Part shown: one piece after another, positions 38,066-52,207 of the stretch
How positions within the stretch are numbered: position 1 is the stretch's first letter
Layout of the letters: each line of letters starts with the position of its first letter
Assembly: GCA_051362555.1 (NCBI GenBank)
Contig: CM120641.1
Span: forward strand, 38,508,401 to 38,572,400
Source of the DNA: Lingula anatina
Taxonomy: Eukaryota; Animalia; Brachiopoda
Length of the DNA: 64,000 nucleotides
Direction of reading: 5' to 3'
Notes under the pieces: generated by a model
Told to the model about the DNA's origin: nothing
The model's database searches: none
The model's input: the letters and a program-made list of their open reading frames with translations, nothing else
Position numbers and translations under genes: made by a program

Positions 38066-41000
38066 AGCAACTGATCCACCCGACACACAAGGCAATGGAC
38101 TGACCAAACCCTTCTAACCTTTCCTCAGTCACCCTCTGTCATGTCTTAAGAAAATGCCCTTGTACTTCTAACATAGATCGAACAAGTACAAACAAACACA
38201 GTTCTCCCCAACAATTTTCCTGAAGTTTTCATTCAGACACTACTCGCCTCGTTTTCACGACAATGACCTTGGCCTACTTTTATTCACCACTGAAGTTCTT
38301 TCTTTCTTGTGTGTGTGTTAATACAGTGTAACCACAGGTACTTACTTAGCACTTACTGCTCGAGCCATTTTAACAGACCAAGATTTATTTAATGGCTAAA
38401 TAAATGCTGTCTATTTATATAAAATGGTGATAATTCTTTATATCTTTCTCTTTGTGAGAAGTGATGAAGTTACTATAAACCACGTAAAATACCAAAAAAG
38501 TACGTGAATTTGCAGTTTTACAGTATGTTAGCAACCACGTAATCTATACACACATAATGCATTACCATTGATCACAAATAAACATCTACAATGTATCAAA
38601 ATGTATTTCTATCAGTTATTCAGTACAGGTAATATTAATGTGTGCACTAGCTGTCACTTGTTAAACTTGTGGAAAAAAAAATAATATCAACAGAAGAAAT
38701 GCACCATGTATAACAAAGACAGTATACAAATTATACAAAACTTAAATGTATTAATCTTCATATTTAATATCAAAAATACAATATAGTTGACATTTGATTA
38801 TGTGTAATGTGTTATTATATTGAAATGGTGTGCAAACCAATATTTTATACACAATTCAATTCGAAGCACAAAAAATTCTTAAAATGTTGGCAAACATTCA
38901 TTTCACAGTCTACTAGTTTTGACAAGGAGCAGGAATTTGAAATTATCAATATTTGTGACAACGAAATAAAAGAATTCAATGGTCAATATATGGTGACTGG
39001 TGAATGTCAGCTATTAAGTAAATATACACTGTATGCCTTATTTGATTCTCATAATAACCTTTAGAAAAGTAAGACGAAACTTATATCTAATAAATAACTT
39101 CAATTTAGTCATGGAATTTATCACTGATCCCATCCACAGCAGATTAGAATGTCTGACCATTCAAATAAAGTTATCCTATATACACCCATGGGGTGTTTTA
39201 AAGATTTTGCCAAAGATGCTTGCCTCAGGCTACAACCTAATTTCTTTTTTAATTCACTCTACTTGATGATCAGGCTATTAAAGTAACATAAAGGATATGG
39301 GAGCTCTTTGTGGTTTTTACTGTAAGACTAGAATGATTTTCTTTATCCCTTCACTTATTGATGATGACTAATGTAATCATCATTACTGTCTTTTTTTTTT
39401 TTTTTTTTTTTTTTTGCTCACCATGTTTGGAGCATAAAAAAGGCACTGTAAAGGTTTAGATGTCACTTTGCTTTGCAAGATCATTTTGTCATTTAATCTG
39501 AGAGAGAAATGAATCTTTGCAGTGAAAATCTAGTATCCATCAACTCATTATTTTACAGTTACATTTCTGTACTGCATCATCTATTTAATGTGCACAATGA
39601 TCTGCACATTTGATACATGTACTCTGTATTAGCTTCATGTCTGACAAGAAGTTGTTAGCATTTTGATTGTGAAAAAAAAAGACAGCACTTTCAGTTTACT
39701 CCACGCATTGAGAGGAAAAAAAATCAATTAACAGTAATTACTAAATCTTTTCAATTGGGGAAAATTGTGAATTTTATAGATATTGTATTTTTAAGTCATA
39801 TTGTTTTAAATTACAACTTTCATATTGAATGGTTGCAGCAAAATTAAAATGCAGGCTACTTTATTGTTCTTTTCTGCAGTAAAAGCAACACAAATGTTCT
39901 AAAATATAATTTTGTGTTTATAATTATGTATCTGAATGTGTGAGCATTTTTGACCATTGAAAAAATTGAGTAATATGGTAATAATTGCTGATGTTAGCAG
40001 GGCCATAGATGAGGAACTTGCCTTTTGAAACTCCCTTATATTTGTTTTTCTGATAAAGTTGGCCTCAGGGAGATTGTCCACAACTTTCCACAGGGAGTCA
40101 TTTGCCATAGTGAGTAGAGGAATTTTACCAGCACTAAGTTTTCATCATTAAGTCTTGCAAATCCACTTTGCACAGAATACATTTCCTGCCAATCAGATTT
40201 TTCTTGAAACCAGTGCTTAACCCATTTGGATTCAATGTTTTATACCTTTTCTAATTAAATAATCCACTTCTAAATAACTAGCCAGTCATTATACAACGGC
40301 CATATCTTCCTGTACACTACGGAAGGATATACCATCTTCAGATAATTTTATATGAAGTATTTTATTATTTTTAAGGTCTAAATCAGGAAAGGTAAGAAGT
40401 TTTGTGGGAAATTTACAAATTATAGTGAAATATGACTTTGGGACATTTTCAAATGTAGATCCTATATACCTTTCACAATCTGTTCATAGTTTGTTTTTGA
40501 GAAAATGTCAAGTCAAGTGATCACAGTGCTTATTTCTTTTAACAGAAATAGCCACACAGGAGGGAGATAACCAAATATATATATCTTCCATGGTTTGGGT
40601 TAAGATGTGTTAATTCTGTCAAGTCTGTCTTCAGAGATGAACCAAGGCAGAGGAACAATAGATGAGTAGAATTGATTTTCTGTGTTGTAGCACACCGTTG
40701 AAAAACTATACTAGTTCCAGTAGATCACATTGTCAAGGGGATGTGCTTATAATGTAGCCTACATGTACATGTACTGTACCAGCTCCTCATCTTGACACTT
40801 CATGATCATTTTTATAGTTATATACCTTTTCAGGTAATATGGTCATTTTACACTTGCTCTGAGAACTATATATAGCAATAGTTTAGTATGTGCAAATACG
40901 TACCGTTTGTTTTTCAAAAAACGCCCTAAAATTAATTAATTATAACAAGCCACAGAAATATTTATGAATTGGAATGTGTTTGAATATCTCTAATGGTTCA

Positions 41001-41381
41001 TAATGGATAACAATACTGAAATTAACTCAGAATTGTCAAAAGTTATACTTCTAATAGTAATAACATGTATTTAGCGCTATTTAAAGAAGCGGCAAAATAG
41101 ACCAAAACCATTATAATAGTGGGTCTACACAGATCGGATATGTTTCTTTATATTGTTCTTGGCTTACAAAACGATCGTGCTCCTGGTAATGCCCAATATT
41201 GTACATAACTGTACTTTATAACCCCCTTTTTAGTTATCATAACATATATCATCTAAGGCGATTTTAAGGGTCAGTGCTTCCGTTTAAGTCTGTATCACAC
41301 ATGTATATTTTATGTTATCGTCACTTAATTATAATTCCACAATCAATTGTCTGTACACAACTAACACAGAAGATAACCTAC

Positions 41382-41600
41382 CTATCACTTGATTAATTAC
41401 TTAAGGGTGTCTTCCCGTTATTTCCGCTGAAAATCGACCCGGCCATTACCATACACCTTCAGGTAGTTTTGTTGTTAGGGAGAATATCGATTTCACGCAC
41501 AATTAATCGTTACTGTAAATAATAGAATAAAAGGCAGTTTCTATTGGCTAAGCAACCGAGCCAACAATGTAAGACATAATGTCATTGGATAATTAGCAAT
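41382..41600 (-). promoter_or_regulatory. Probable INVS promoter and non-coding first exon
   Basis: Minus-strand donor AG|gtaggt at 41382/41381, local CpG enrichment, ATTGG boxes, and X-box-like GTTGTTAGGGAGAA and GGCTAAGCAAC. Confidence 0.5.
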
Positions 41601-42632
41601 ATTGCAGCAGGTGCGTCTTTGTAAGAGCTCAACCCCAGAAAATGTAGTTTTGTGACATTTGACGCATCGATTAACGTGCTGAATGGATAAAACTGTTACA
41701 CTACCAGTTTCCTTACGATAAAATTCGTGTTTTTTGTGCCTGCACTTTATTTGCTTCTAACTTTATTTGCCTCGGTCGTTTTCCAAATTACACCCGTAAA
41801 TGAATAAAACACTTTAAACTGACCAATTTGTAAAATAGGCCTGTCAAAACTGAAAAGATGGGAATCGGAGTCGATAGAAAAAGTTTTGTTTTTTAACGAG
41901 CATAGCAGCTAAGTTTCACGGTAAGTCGGTGTTTAATATTATTATTTTATCATATTTTATTATATTCATTTTTTATATTTTTAAAGATAATTTTTAAAAA
42001 CACGATGTGGAAGATTCAAGTGCATAAAACAACATCATGAAGGGGTTTCCTGGGTCAATTGTAAATTTCTCCCACTTACCAAACCAATACCTAATGCATT
42101 TTCCACCAAAAAAGGGGGTGAAAAATGATTTCCTCGAAATTGGGGTCGGTTGCACTCGTTAAATAACTTATTATAAATAACTTGACAAAAACCTTGGAAC
42201 TACGATGATATTAAGTAATTAATATGTTTCAGATGTGACTAAAACTCACCTCTCTCCTATCAGTTGGCCTCTGCTATTTCCAGTCTTTAAGACTCTGGCT
42301 GGCCAAATTGCACTTTACAAAGTTTGTTTTTAAAGTTGGCTTACGCTTCTCCCTCAACTATCAGTTATAGATATGACACTAGAGTATGGCTGTACATGAA
42401 GTGTATGTACAACCCCTTGATTAGATTAGGTTATGTTGATTGAACTCGATAAAAAATAATGATCCGGCTCACCCAACTTGCATTATATTGACGTTGCAGT
42501 ATTGACGTTGCTTGACGGAATTAAAGGAGACAGCAGCCTACCATTTTATGCATAAGAACATTTTGTTGATTTTTTTTTTCTTTACGATAGAGTACACTTT
42601 ACTGGCCACTGTTGCAAAAGTACTTGAAAGGA

Positions 42633-42876
42633 CAGGGGCGGATCCAGGTTTATTTGAAGGGGGGTCCACGGATGTGAAGCCGACCCCACCCCCCAACTTG
42701 TCGTGGGGTTCGAGGCCCTCTGAAGAGCCACGAAAATGTTGGTATTTTAGAGGGTGGGTGGTGCCATTTGGTACGGTTTAGAACTATGATTTAGCTACTC
42801 AAAATTCTAAATTCAAGAGTGGACTTGAAATCAAAGGGGGGCAGGACCCCCCTTACCCCCTCTAAATCCGTCACTG
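42633..42876. mobile_element. Non-autonomous element with CAGGGGCGGAT termini and 6-bp TSD
   Basis: CAGGGGCGGATCCAG...TAAATCCGTCACTG flanked by AAAGGA on both sides. Confidence 0.8.
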
Positions 42877-43801
42877 AAAGGACGAACAAGAAGTTGCCCA
42901 TAACATTTCATTCCCTAATTATGTTAACGTTTTATTTAAAGAGGGTACATGTTTTCTCACAGGTAAATGAAAATAAAAAGACGGGCTCCCATGAAAAACG
43001 ATATCTTTTTGTCGATGTATCTTGTAAAATACATTGATCCCGTTAAGATAAAAATTAAATATTGGCACCAAATTTTTTTCTTCCAGAATACCCCCTTCTA
43101 TTCCATTTCGATTAAATTTTATCAAACAAAAGCGTATGAGACGACATGGATGCGTGAGTCCAAGATACTGTTGTTACCCGATATCTGTGTGTAGCAATAG
43201 AACTTGGTCTCGTAGCAAGATACCATTCAAAGCCTTGGTATAGTTCAAGGAGCAGGTGATTTATATTGCTGGGTCTTCGGTCATAGACCACAATATTCTG
43301 TGTTATCGCTTCATTGATGACTGATGATATATGTTACCATTCTTACCTGTACGTTTCTAGTGCCTTTGTTTGTTTTTAAACCCATTGCTGCGTTAAGAAT
43401 CTTTGTTGCAAAATATGTAAGGCTTCGGCGGCGTTTTATCCGAGCCGCCGATGTAATTTGATTCGGCAATATCTCACAATCGAGTATCACATATTAAAAG
43501 TGTTATGAGCCCTGTGCGAGTAGCTTTGTACATTCACCTTTAAGTACGACAAGAGCCCATTTCAATTATTCCCTGCCATCTGGGGTGTAATTACACGACA
43601 GGGGGGTGTAATTAAATCAGCGCGAGCCTATCAGCACGCGGCAGCCTCTCCTTGATTAACCGGCCAGAACCGATAGAGTGCCCGGCTGTTCACTTGGCAG
43701 TTCTCACATTATTGCTTACGGCTCGCGCAGCCAGAGGATGCGTTGCCTAACTTAACTACAAAAAATGGTGTTTTAAAGGGAACTCGTAAGGAGAGATCAA
43801 T

Positions 43802-46800
43802 ATGGGACAGTGGTGGGACTGTGTGTTGGTACTTGTGTTATTATTAAAGGTGAGTATTATTCTTATGTGCATTAGTAACAAAATTAATGCAGGGAATGGG
43901 AAGTTGAGTGGTTTAAACCTACTAGTTTAAACTATGAATTACAGGACTCTGCATGTAGCTGTTTACTAACCCAGCGCAGATGGTGCGATCGTTGTTTCCT
44001 TTTCACTGGGAGGTTAAATAAGTATGTGTGGTAGTAGTACCCGACAGGAAAGATAGAAGTATTATAATTAAGTCCGTGTTGCAGTATATGCAATAGTTGT
44101 TTTTCGTTTTTATTTTCCGTCTGTCTCATTGTATATTCAATGTTCTTTGATGGAGCGGCATCAAAAGAACCCATGCCATTGTGGACGTTTAATAAATGTT
44201 ATTGTATCGTTTCCGAAGAGGATGCATTGTGGCTCAGTCAAGCAGAATACATTCAATTTAACTGATAACCCCAATTGTTAAAACGAGGAGTAGGCTGGGT
44301 TTCTATATGGAGCACAGGGAGAATAAATGCACGGAACAGTATCAAATTCGGGCAACTTACGTCCGCCACAGTTGTTACATAGGGTACCTGCCTATTGCAG
44401 AGATAGAGGGATGGAAAACGAATGAAAGAATAAGATCAGACCAGGGAATTGTTTTGAGTTTGAAGGGCGTTAGATTTTTCAGGCGGTACTGGAAAATTGG
44501 TTACACGTTTTCTATTGCCACTGGTAAGCCTGGCAATCCTCTACGTTTCTGATATAAAACATAAATATTGGTAGTTTCGTTAAACACTACAAGAGTGTTG
44601 TAAATTGAAGCCATATTTTGCAGGGGAAGAAAGAGAAAACCAGTTCCCATACGTGAGATTAAAACAGATGTGGGGCATGCTCTCTGTAATACGGATAACT
44701 TTGAACAAAATTGTCTTGCTGCTTTAGCCTTTTATTCCTCTCTTCCACTACCCTCTATCTTATCCCCTCCCTCTCTTCAAGCTATAAGCGGATACTCAAA
44801 GGCTATCTCACGTGTCTTGCTGCTTTTCTCTCTCTTTCTCCACCCTCTATCTACAACTACTATCCCTCTCCTCACGCCATAAGCGGATACTCAAAGGCTA
44901 TCTCACAAGCCATATAGTGACTGTTGATAGCCCACCTTGATTTTATAGCTTTCGTTAAGTCATGAGTGTTTCTTATCTTGAATCCCCAACTTGGTTTAAT
45001 TGCACATTCAGACTATTATACTGCTCTTTGATGTTATAAAGTGACTATTCGTCTTCACGGGAAACTGACAAACATACGCTGCATGCCATGGTGTGCACGT
45101 GTGTGACTTTGAAGGTATTAGGCACTTAATTTTACCTATACTAGTCTGTGTTGCTTATCACTTATCTTTCTTCTTAAACACGAGAGCTTTGCCAGCTAGC
45201 AATGAATGCTAAGAGAACCCATGGGAAAACGCGGCCTACAGCAGATTAATCAAAAATTAATTTACTCGCACGCATCTGAAACAGATTGATCTTTTGAAGC
45301 GTAACCAGAAACTCCTTCAAAAATGATCACGCCATCTAAAAATCCCAGGTTTCACAACACGAGATTAAACAACACGTACGCATATACAAAAGCCAAATGC
45401 TGGTAAAAGTGTTGTTTAAAACGTATCCCTACAAACTATCATGCAAAATAAGATGAGAAGGGGTGGAAGGCTTCTGTAGCACGCGAAGGAATGAAAGCAT
45501 GTGTTGTATGTTTGACTCATGATTTTTACTGATACATTCAATGATTGAACTCGACTTTCATAGGAGCCTTTCTCTTTTTCTGCCGTAATCATAAAGGTCC
45601 CTTAAATGCAGTAAGTGGATGGAGGCAGAGCTAGGGTGCTATAGTTTTTATCTAGCGAAGTTTTTTTAAACATGTTAGTGGGTTTATCTTTTTAAAGATC
45701 AGTTCTAGAGACCATAAAACCTTATAATTTTACGAAAAACAGTCAAGATTCAAATTATGCAAAATTCACAAATTTTCTTCACATTTTCTCTTTCAAATAA
45801 AACTTAAAAGCGTAAAGATGAAGCAAACTTTATCAAACAGGCAATGTATTACAAATCAAACGATACTTGAAAGAATAACCTAATCATTTATCGAGTCGCT
45901 TCCGTCACTTTCATCTGACTAGATGAAATATGCAAGCAGCCGGACTAACTTTCATCCCAATGTGTAACTTCCCCTCAAAGTACAGTAACACTGAATGTGT
46001 GTTAGTTGAATGCAATTAAGGAGGTTTCATCAAACAAGCCGCCGACTTGTTCTTACCTGTTAATTATGTAGCAAGTATTATGTATAATACACTGAATATC
46101 TCTGTGCAATTACCTAGGTGAAAGTAACCGTGGTGAAACCGCCACACTATCAGCGATAAAATACGAAATGTTATAAGATATATAGTAGATAAGGATAATG
46201 ATATAACATTGTGCTCTTTTCGAATGATATATTTAAGTTGTCCAGAACAATATTGTTAAAGGAATTAGGCAAATAATTCGCATAAATCACTTCATTATTT
46301 TTTTTTCAATATCATCATTTCAAATCCAACAGTGTTAACTAAAAGATGCATAAGAAGCGAAAGTAAACGCCTGTAACGCGTATAGATTCTTAGTTCCCGT
46401 TTCTTACACAACGCAAATAAAATCCACATGCCCAAAAATAAACTGAAATTAATTTCTCGGACTTTTTTTCCTCCTATCCGTAATGCGCAGAAAGTAAGCA
46501 TAAATATAATTTTTCGGAAAATAATTTAAAAACTCTGCTATTTCTTTATACTAGTTGAAACTGAATGGTGACATTCGGTCGGGTTTAACGGCAATAATTT
46601 GACATAAGCGCTCACTTAATACGGATCATTAACATTTTCCATCCATCAAAATAGATTGTATGTGCGTGTACACCAAATCAATTTTAAAACCAAAATGATC
46701 ACATTTTTGGGTTTAACCTCTTCGCGAAAGACCTATCATGACAATATTTTTTTCCTTTACAATTTACATGTAATGCTTTTTAGAAACGCAATTAAAACTG

Positions 46801-47121
46801 TAATACTATAAAGCCTTTCAAATTCAATCAATTAAGTCCGTAAAGAAAACATTAACTAACACCAACATGGGTGTCCTTGTTAAGGGACAGAGAGGACAGG
46901 GTCGGCACGGGAGGCAGACGATGGCGTGACTTATGTTAAGCTACGAGAATACATCAACAGTTGGTTTATATTCAAGAAGTGACTTGAAGAAAATCCAGGG
47001 ATTGGATTTTTAGCAGTGGTCAGGGTCACAAGCGTGCATAAAAGTGTGACTTAACCCCAGACAATAAAAGCTGTGAGCAATTACATTATCATTTTATTTA
47101 TAAACGTAGCAATAAGTTAAT

Positions 47122-47154
<33 letters not shown>

Positions 47155-48134
47155 ATTTTGCATTTTGCTCTTTGTTATCCGTAGGTCATACAACACAAAC
47201 TTTTAAAAATAAGTAAATAAATAAATAAATATCTCTTCAGGTTCACGCCGAGTTGAGCTGCACTAGCAATGAGATTGAGTACGAAGGGGTCCGGTGCTGT
47301 TCTAAGTGCCCCCCAGGAAGAGGAGTCGCCGCACTCTGTTCTCCTGATAACGACACCGTATGCAGACCGTGCGATGTCGGAGTGACGTTTTCTTCATTAC
47401 ATAGCCACACGGAAGCATGCAGGCCGTGCTCCACATGTGGCGTCAATGCTCATGTCTTAAAAAAGTGCAATGGGACACACGACACCCAGTGTGAATGTGA
47501 CAGTGGTTTTCATTATAACTTGTCCGAGAAACGGTGTGAGGAGTGTAACAGGTGTCACCCCGGGTGGGGCGCCTCTCTAGCTTGTAACCACCATTATAAC
47601 ACGGTGTGCAGACCGTGCCCTAATGGGACATACTCTGAATATGTGAGTGCCCACCTCGGGTGTATAGTGTGCACCAAGTGTTCTGATGATCACATCAAAC
47701 TTCAGGACTGCACGCCGTACCAGGACACATTATGTATGGGTAGGTGATACCATTAATTTTCTTCGTAAATCTGCAGTGAAATACATAGACTCTTTATGTT
47801 AATGTGTAAAATGGACAACATGCGAAAATTAAATGTACTGCATGAGATATACTGTATAAGGATTGTACGAAAGGATGTCAGAATTGGTTGCCAAAATGAG
47901 CATGAAAAACTTAAATAATGTACTGTGGTGACTAAACAACTATACTAATGCATGGATATGCGTTGAAGCTGGCTTTATTTTAAAGACTGGGTTCTGTGGA
48001 AATCATGTCAGGTATTGTGAAGAAGACAAAAATGCTGATGGAGACGAATGCTTCATTTCTTTATATTGCGGTTGCGGCAAATGTAAATGGGAAGGGAGAG
48101 GGGCGTTGGAGACTACTTGGTTTGTTGAAAATTA

Positions 48135-48173
<39 letters not shown>

Positions 48174-50504
48174 AAAGAAAAACACATCAGAAAATTTATT
48201 TATTTGAAAAATTTTTTTCAGCCAAGTCCTTGTTGGGGTCTTCCAAGGTCGCCAGTAAAACGGCACCAGTGAGTCCGCCAGTTAACTACAACCCTGGTTA
48301 CGACATCATTCCTCTGTATTGCGCTGTCCTAGGCTTGCTGGTGATAGGTCTGTTGGCGTACGTGGTGGTGAAACAGTGGCAGAGGAACGCAGCTCATCGC
48401 GCCAATAAGCTCAATACTACGGGGGTGACGCCGTCGTCCATACGGGTTGACCCCACGTGCCAAATCCAAGTGCCACCGAGCTCACACGGGTCAGATAGCG
48501 GGGTCTTCCTGGACAGCGATGGAAAGCCAGGTGAGAGCGAAAAAATTGGTTTTAAAATTTAAGTATTCGAAGTTTAGGTATATCTTCGGATTTAGGTAGA
48601 AGAAAATATTACGAAATTTTGACAGAGACGGAAAATGTTCTCATGAGATCTGTCAAAACTCGGAAAGATTTCAAGAACTGCTCCTGTGCCGACAGTGCGG
48701 GTAATAATTGCCAAATAATGGCTTCCTCATAAAGGTTATCTTAGAAATTGTATTACTGGGCTGTTAAGTTTGCCAGACTTACTGCGAGTAACTTATGACA
48801 GCGTGTCTGGTTAATTCCTGATAATATCCAGAAACCAGGAAAAGGAAATTGTTTATTCAGTTGTATACAGGAAAAATGCTTAAACGGCTTGTATTTGTAC
48901 GTTTTCATAATTTTCAGTTACCAGCACGATGAAAGTCCGTGATCTACCGCCAAACAAAAAGAAAGAAATTGAAGTTCGTCTTCATCACAAACGTGGCGGA
49001 CGAGGCGACTGGACGGGTTTAGCTAGAGAATTAGGTGAGGGCTTTTAATGTAAAAAAAAAAAATCATGTTATCGATTTTTTTTCTTTTTCCAGAGTTTTT
49101 GTGTGTGGTGTTTGTGGGAACGAAGATTCGATAAAATGAAAAAAATATGGGTTGCAAATACTCAGCACGCGATTTCAGTGTTTTTTAATGACCTCCAGTG
49201 TATTTTCCTAATGGATTTTGGTAGAGCACGTTCGTCCCTAAGTTGAATATTAAATTTGACCTTTTCTAGAAAAGAATGATTATATTCACTTCACAAAGCA
49301 ACAGATTCCTCGTCTTACACTAAATGTGACGCAATGTAAAAACTGCTTTCACTTAACAGGAAAATAAATGGGTTCCGTGGTACATCTTACCAATTTCCGA
49401 AATGTAAACGCCGCGAGCGCCGTTGGTTATGGAGTCTACTTGTTTAAAGGAAATCTCATCCAGAATAATTTGCCACTAATTTCACAGAAGCGAAAGCCTG
49501 CAGACATAACATTTGTCAAATTTACTTAAAATTGCAATAGCATAGTGCAAGACACGCTCTGTTTATTCTATTACTCCCATCTTGAATCATAGGTTAGTGT
49601 ATTTTGGTGTTTGGAAGCGCCCTGGTCTTGAATGGATAAAAGAAACACTGGTTCTTTCATCATTCTTTCATACTCCCTGTACCGTAAATCCAAAGTTACA
49701 ACTTGTCTGAAATGTCAGAAGTTCGAAATCAAACGTTTGTTGTGATATCTCACAAAACAAACACCGATAAAACCGCTACGTGGCCCCAAATCCCAAAGAC
49801 GTGAGTTAAGAAATGTAAAGGAGGCCATGACCGCGGCGCGCATACTACAACATAGATCACAGTTGATCTCTGTGTGTCAGACTGTCCCATCTTCAGGCGT
49901 TTTGTCTCCTGTTTATTCTATTGTGTTGTGTTTCTATTGTGTGTCCTGTATAAAACTTTGAATTAAGAAACGTGCACTAAAAATTCTGTGTAGGGTTTTA
50001 TTTATTGCGCAAAGGAACTGCTAGTATTTGGCCCAGTGATACTCTTACTTAAAGCAGAGAAATCTGCTATGAAAAAGCTTAATAAAAACACTAGTTTTAC
50101 TGCAAGATTGTTGATAAACGTGTAGTTGGTTATTGACTTTTTCATTACGTAAATAAGATGAACACTAGTAATACAATTTAGATCGACGTCACGTCTGATC
50201 ACTAATGTACTGTGTCACTGTTTTAGGGAAATGTAGCTTTTATTAAATATTTCAGGTTCATTTAACTTTATCCTTCTTTATTTCAGGTTATACAAAGTCC
50301 CGTATCACAAGCTTAGAATCTCATGCATGCCGTGAGAACCACGTGCCAGCACGCTACCTGCTGTTGGAATGGAGCAAAAACGATAGCGCCACGGTGGGGA
50401 TGCTGGTGCGCGCGCTCAAAAGTATAGGAAGACATGACGTTGTTAAAGTATTGAATGGACGCTCAAGGAAACTGTTTAGAGCACAGCCGGCAGAAATAGT
50501 GTAG
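43802..50504 (+). CDS. NGFR: p75NTR/TNFRSF16-like receptor (signal peptide, 4 TNFR cysteine-rich domains, TM, death domain), about 396 aa
   Basis: Exons 43802-43849, 47241-47739, 48222-48530, 48918-49034, 50287-50504 are phase-consistent. TM DIIPLYCAVLGLLVIGLLAYVVVKQW, juxtamembrane HGSDSGVFLDS, death domain DWTGLARELGY..LLLEWS..ATVGMLVRALKSIGRHDVV. Confidence 0.9.
44712..44906. repeat. Tandem duplication (2 x ~100 bp)
   Basis: tgtcttgctgcttt...ataagcggatactcaaaggctatctcac occurs twice. Confidence 0.85.
48138..48171. repeat. (AAT)n microsatellite
   Basis: About 11 AAT units in an NGFR-like intron. Confidence 0.9.
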
Positions 50505-52207
50505 TTGAGAGGCCTTCGGAACGTTGCCTTGTCAAACCATTTCAGACGAACCTCTATTATGTACCAGTGTGTATCTACAAAAACATGGTGTAAACATGTC
50601 TGAGCGATAAACTAGGGAGCTTAGTACTCGCTAAAATACTACGAGACTCATTAGCAAAAAAGAGAAGTCGCATCTTTATATTGTTGACTTAGCAACAGCA
50701 AGTCATTTGTCAATTAGAAGAGTAAGTACGGTGCTCAGTTTTCTGGATTGTCTCTGGATGGTATAGAATACCAAAACTCCTTCTACGGGATCTGTTTACA
50801 AAACAGTTTAATTATGTCAATTGATAAGTAATGAAAAAAGATCGCGATAAATGCCAAGGTTAACCAAATAAAATATATTCTGACAAAGACACATGAAAAA
50901 TGAATGACATGGTGTTTATTCATATTTCTCATAATTCTTATCTCACAATAAAATTCACCTGACGTACGACATTTTTACACATTATGTACATTATAACTGT
51001 TAAAAAATCGACATTTACTAAGTGTCTACTGAAAGGAATACTGAGTATAAAATTACAAAATATTTACCGCTGAATATCAACAGATCAAAACCTAAAATTC
51101 GCCGATAATGCCTTCCCTTCAGGTGACATTTATAAAAGTCATATCGGAGGAAAAGACCTAGGAAAACAGCCTATTTATCTTTTCATTTCTATGATCATGA
51201 GCTCTCTTTTTACCACGATTTCCAGATTTTACAGACAATCTTGTCAATTTGCAGAAACCAGTAAAAACGCTGCTTATTTGCTAGTGACTAAGACGGGCCG
51301 CTTTGGACTCGGGGTTACCTTGACAACTCGCTTCTATATCGGCGAGAATTATAAAACTGATGCAAATACAACTGGACTATGACAACTGAAACTCCTACAC
51401 CTCAACCCAGATAAGGAAGTATCACCTAGTATTCCTCATAACGAGGGCGTGTATAAATGTAGACATTTCTGAAATAATTTCAACAAATTTTTCAATGCCC
51501 TAAAAAAATTCACAAAAAGTACTTCACAAAATAAGATGGACGAATAGATGGATGAATATGGATGCCCAAGATAAACTATTTTTATCTGGCTCCACGTAGA
51601 ATTTATTAGTTCTTCCAAAGACAAGTTTAAAAATGTCATCAGAGGCATTTTCTGAACTCAAAGTTCTGACAAAAAAAGTAATGCAGAATAACACAATGAA
51701 GCTCAAATAGATTCATCTAATCTGATTCATAATCTTAACTTCCTCAAAGCTTCAATTTTCCATCATTCATACGTGAACATATTGCTGACCAGACAATTTG
51801 CAGCATAATTGTAAAAATAAAGGTATACTTGAAATGAGTTGCATAAGAAACCAATGCCTGTATTTGTCCTCAAATTCCCCACGAGTTACCAGCAGGCTTA
51901 CTTGCACAACCTGTAGCAACTCTGCAGAAAACTTGTTTTATCAGTGTCAAGAGAAAAGATTTCTCTATCAACTAACACTTTACAGAAATCTGGCTGTACA
52001 TAGCCACCATCTTGAGTTCACAAGAAGAAAAATTAGGCTGGATCTATAATACAAACTCATCTATCACATTTCAGTCTGGACAATTCAGGGAAAGAAAAGG
52101 ATTAAAAAAAATTAAAAGTCCTCATAAATATCTTTCAACTTTAGAAAATTCTGGTGTTCATTTCAGTTTGTCCCTTCTGGACAGTTACATCTGTAGATCC
52201 CAGAACT

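Noticed and set aside
49851-49872. CATAGATCA..TGATCTCTG mini-palindrome as another P footprint
   Set aside because: No flanking direct repeat.
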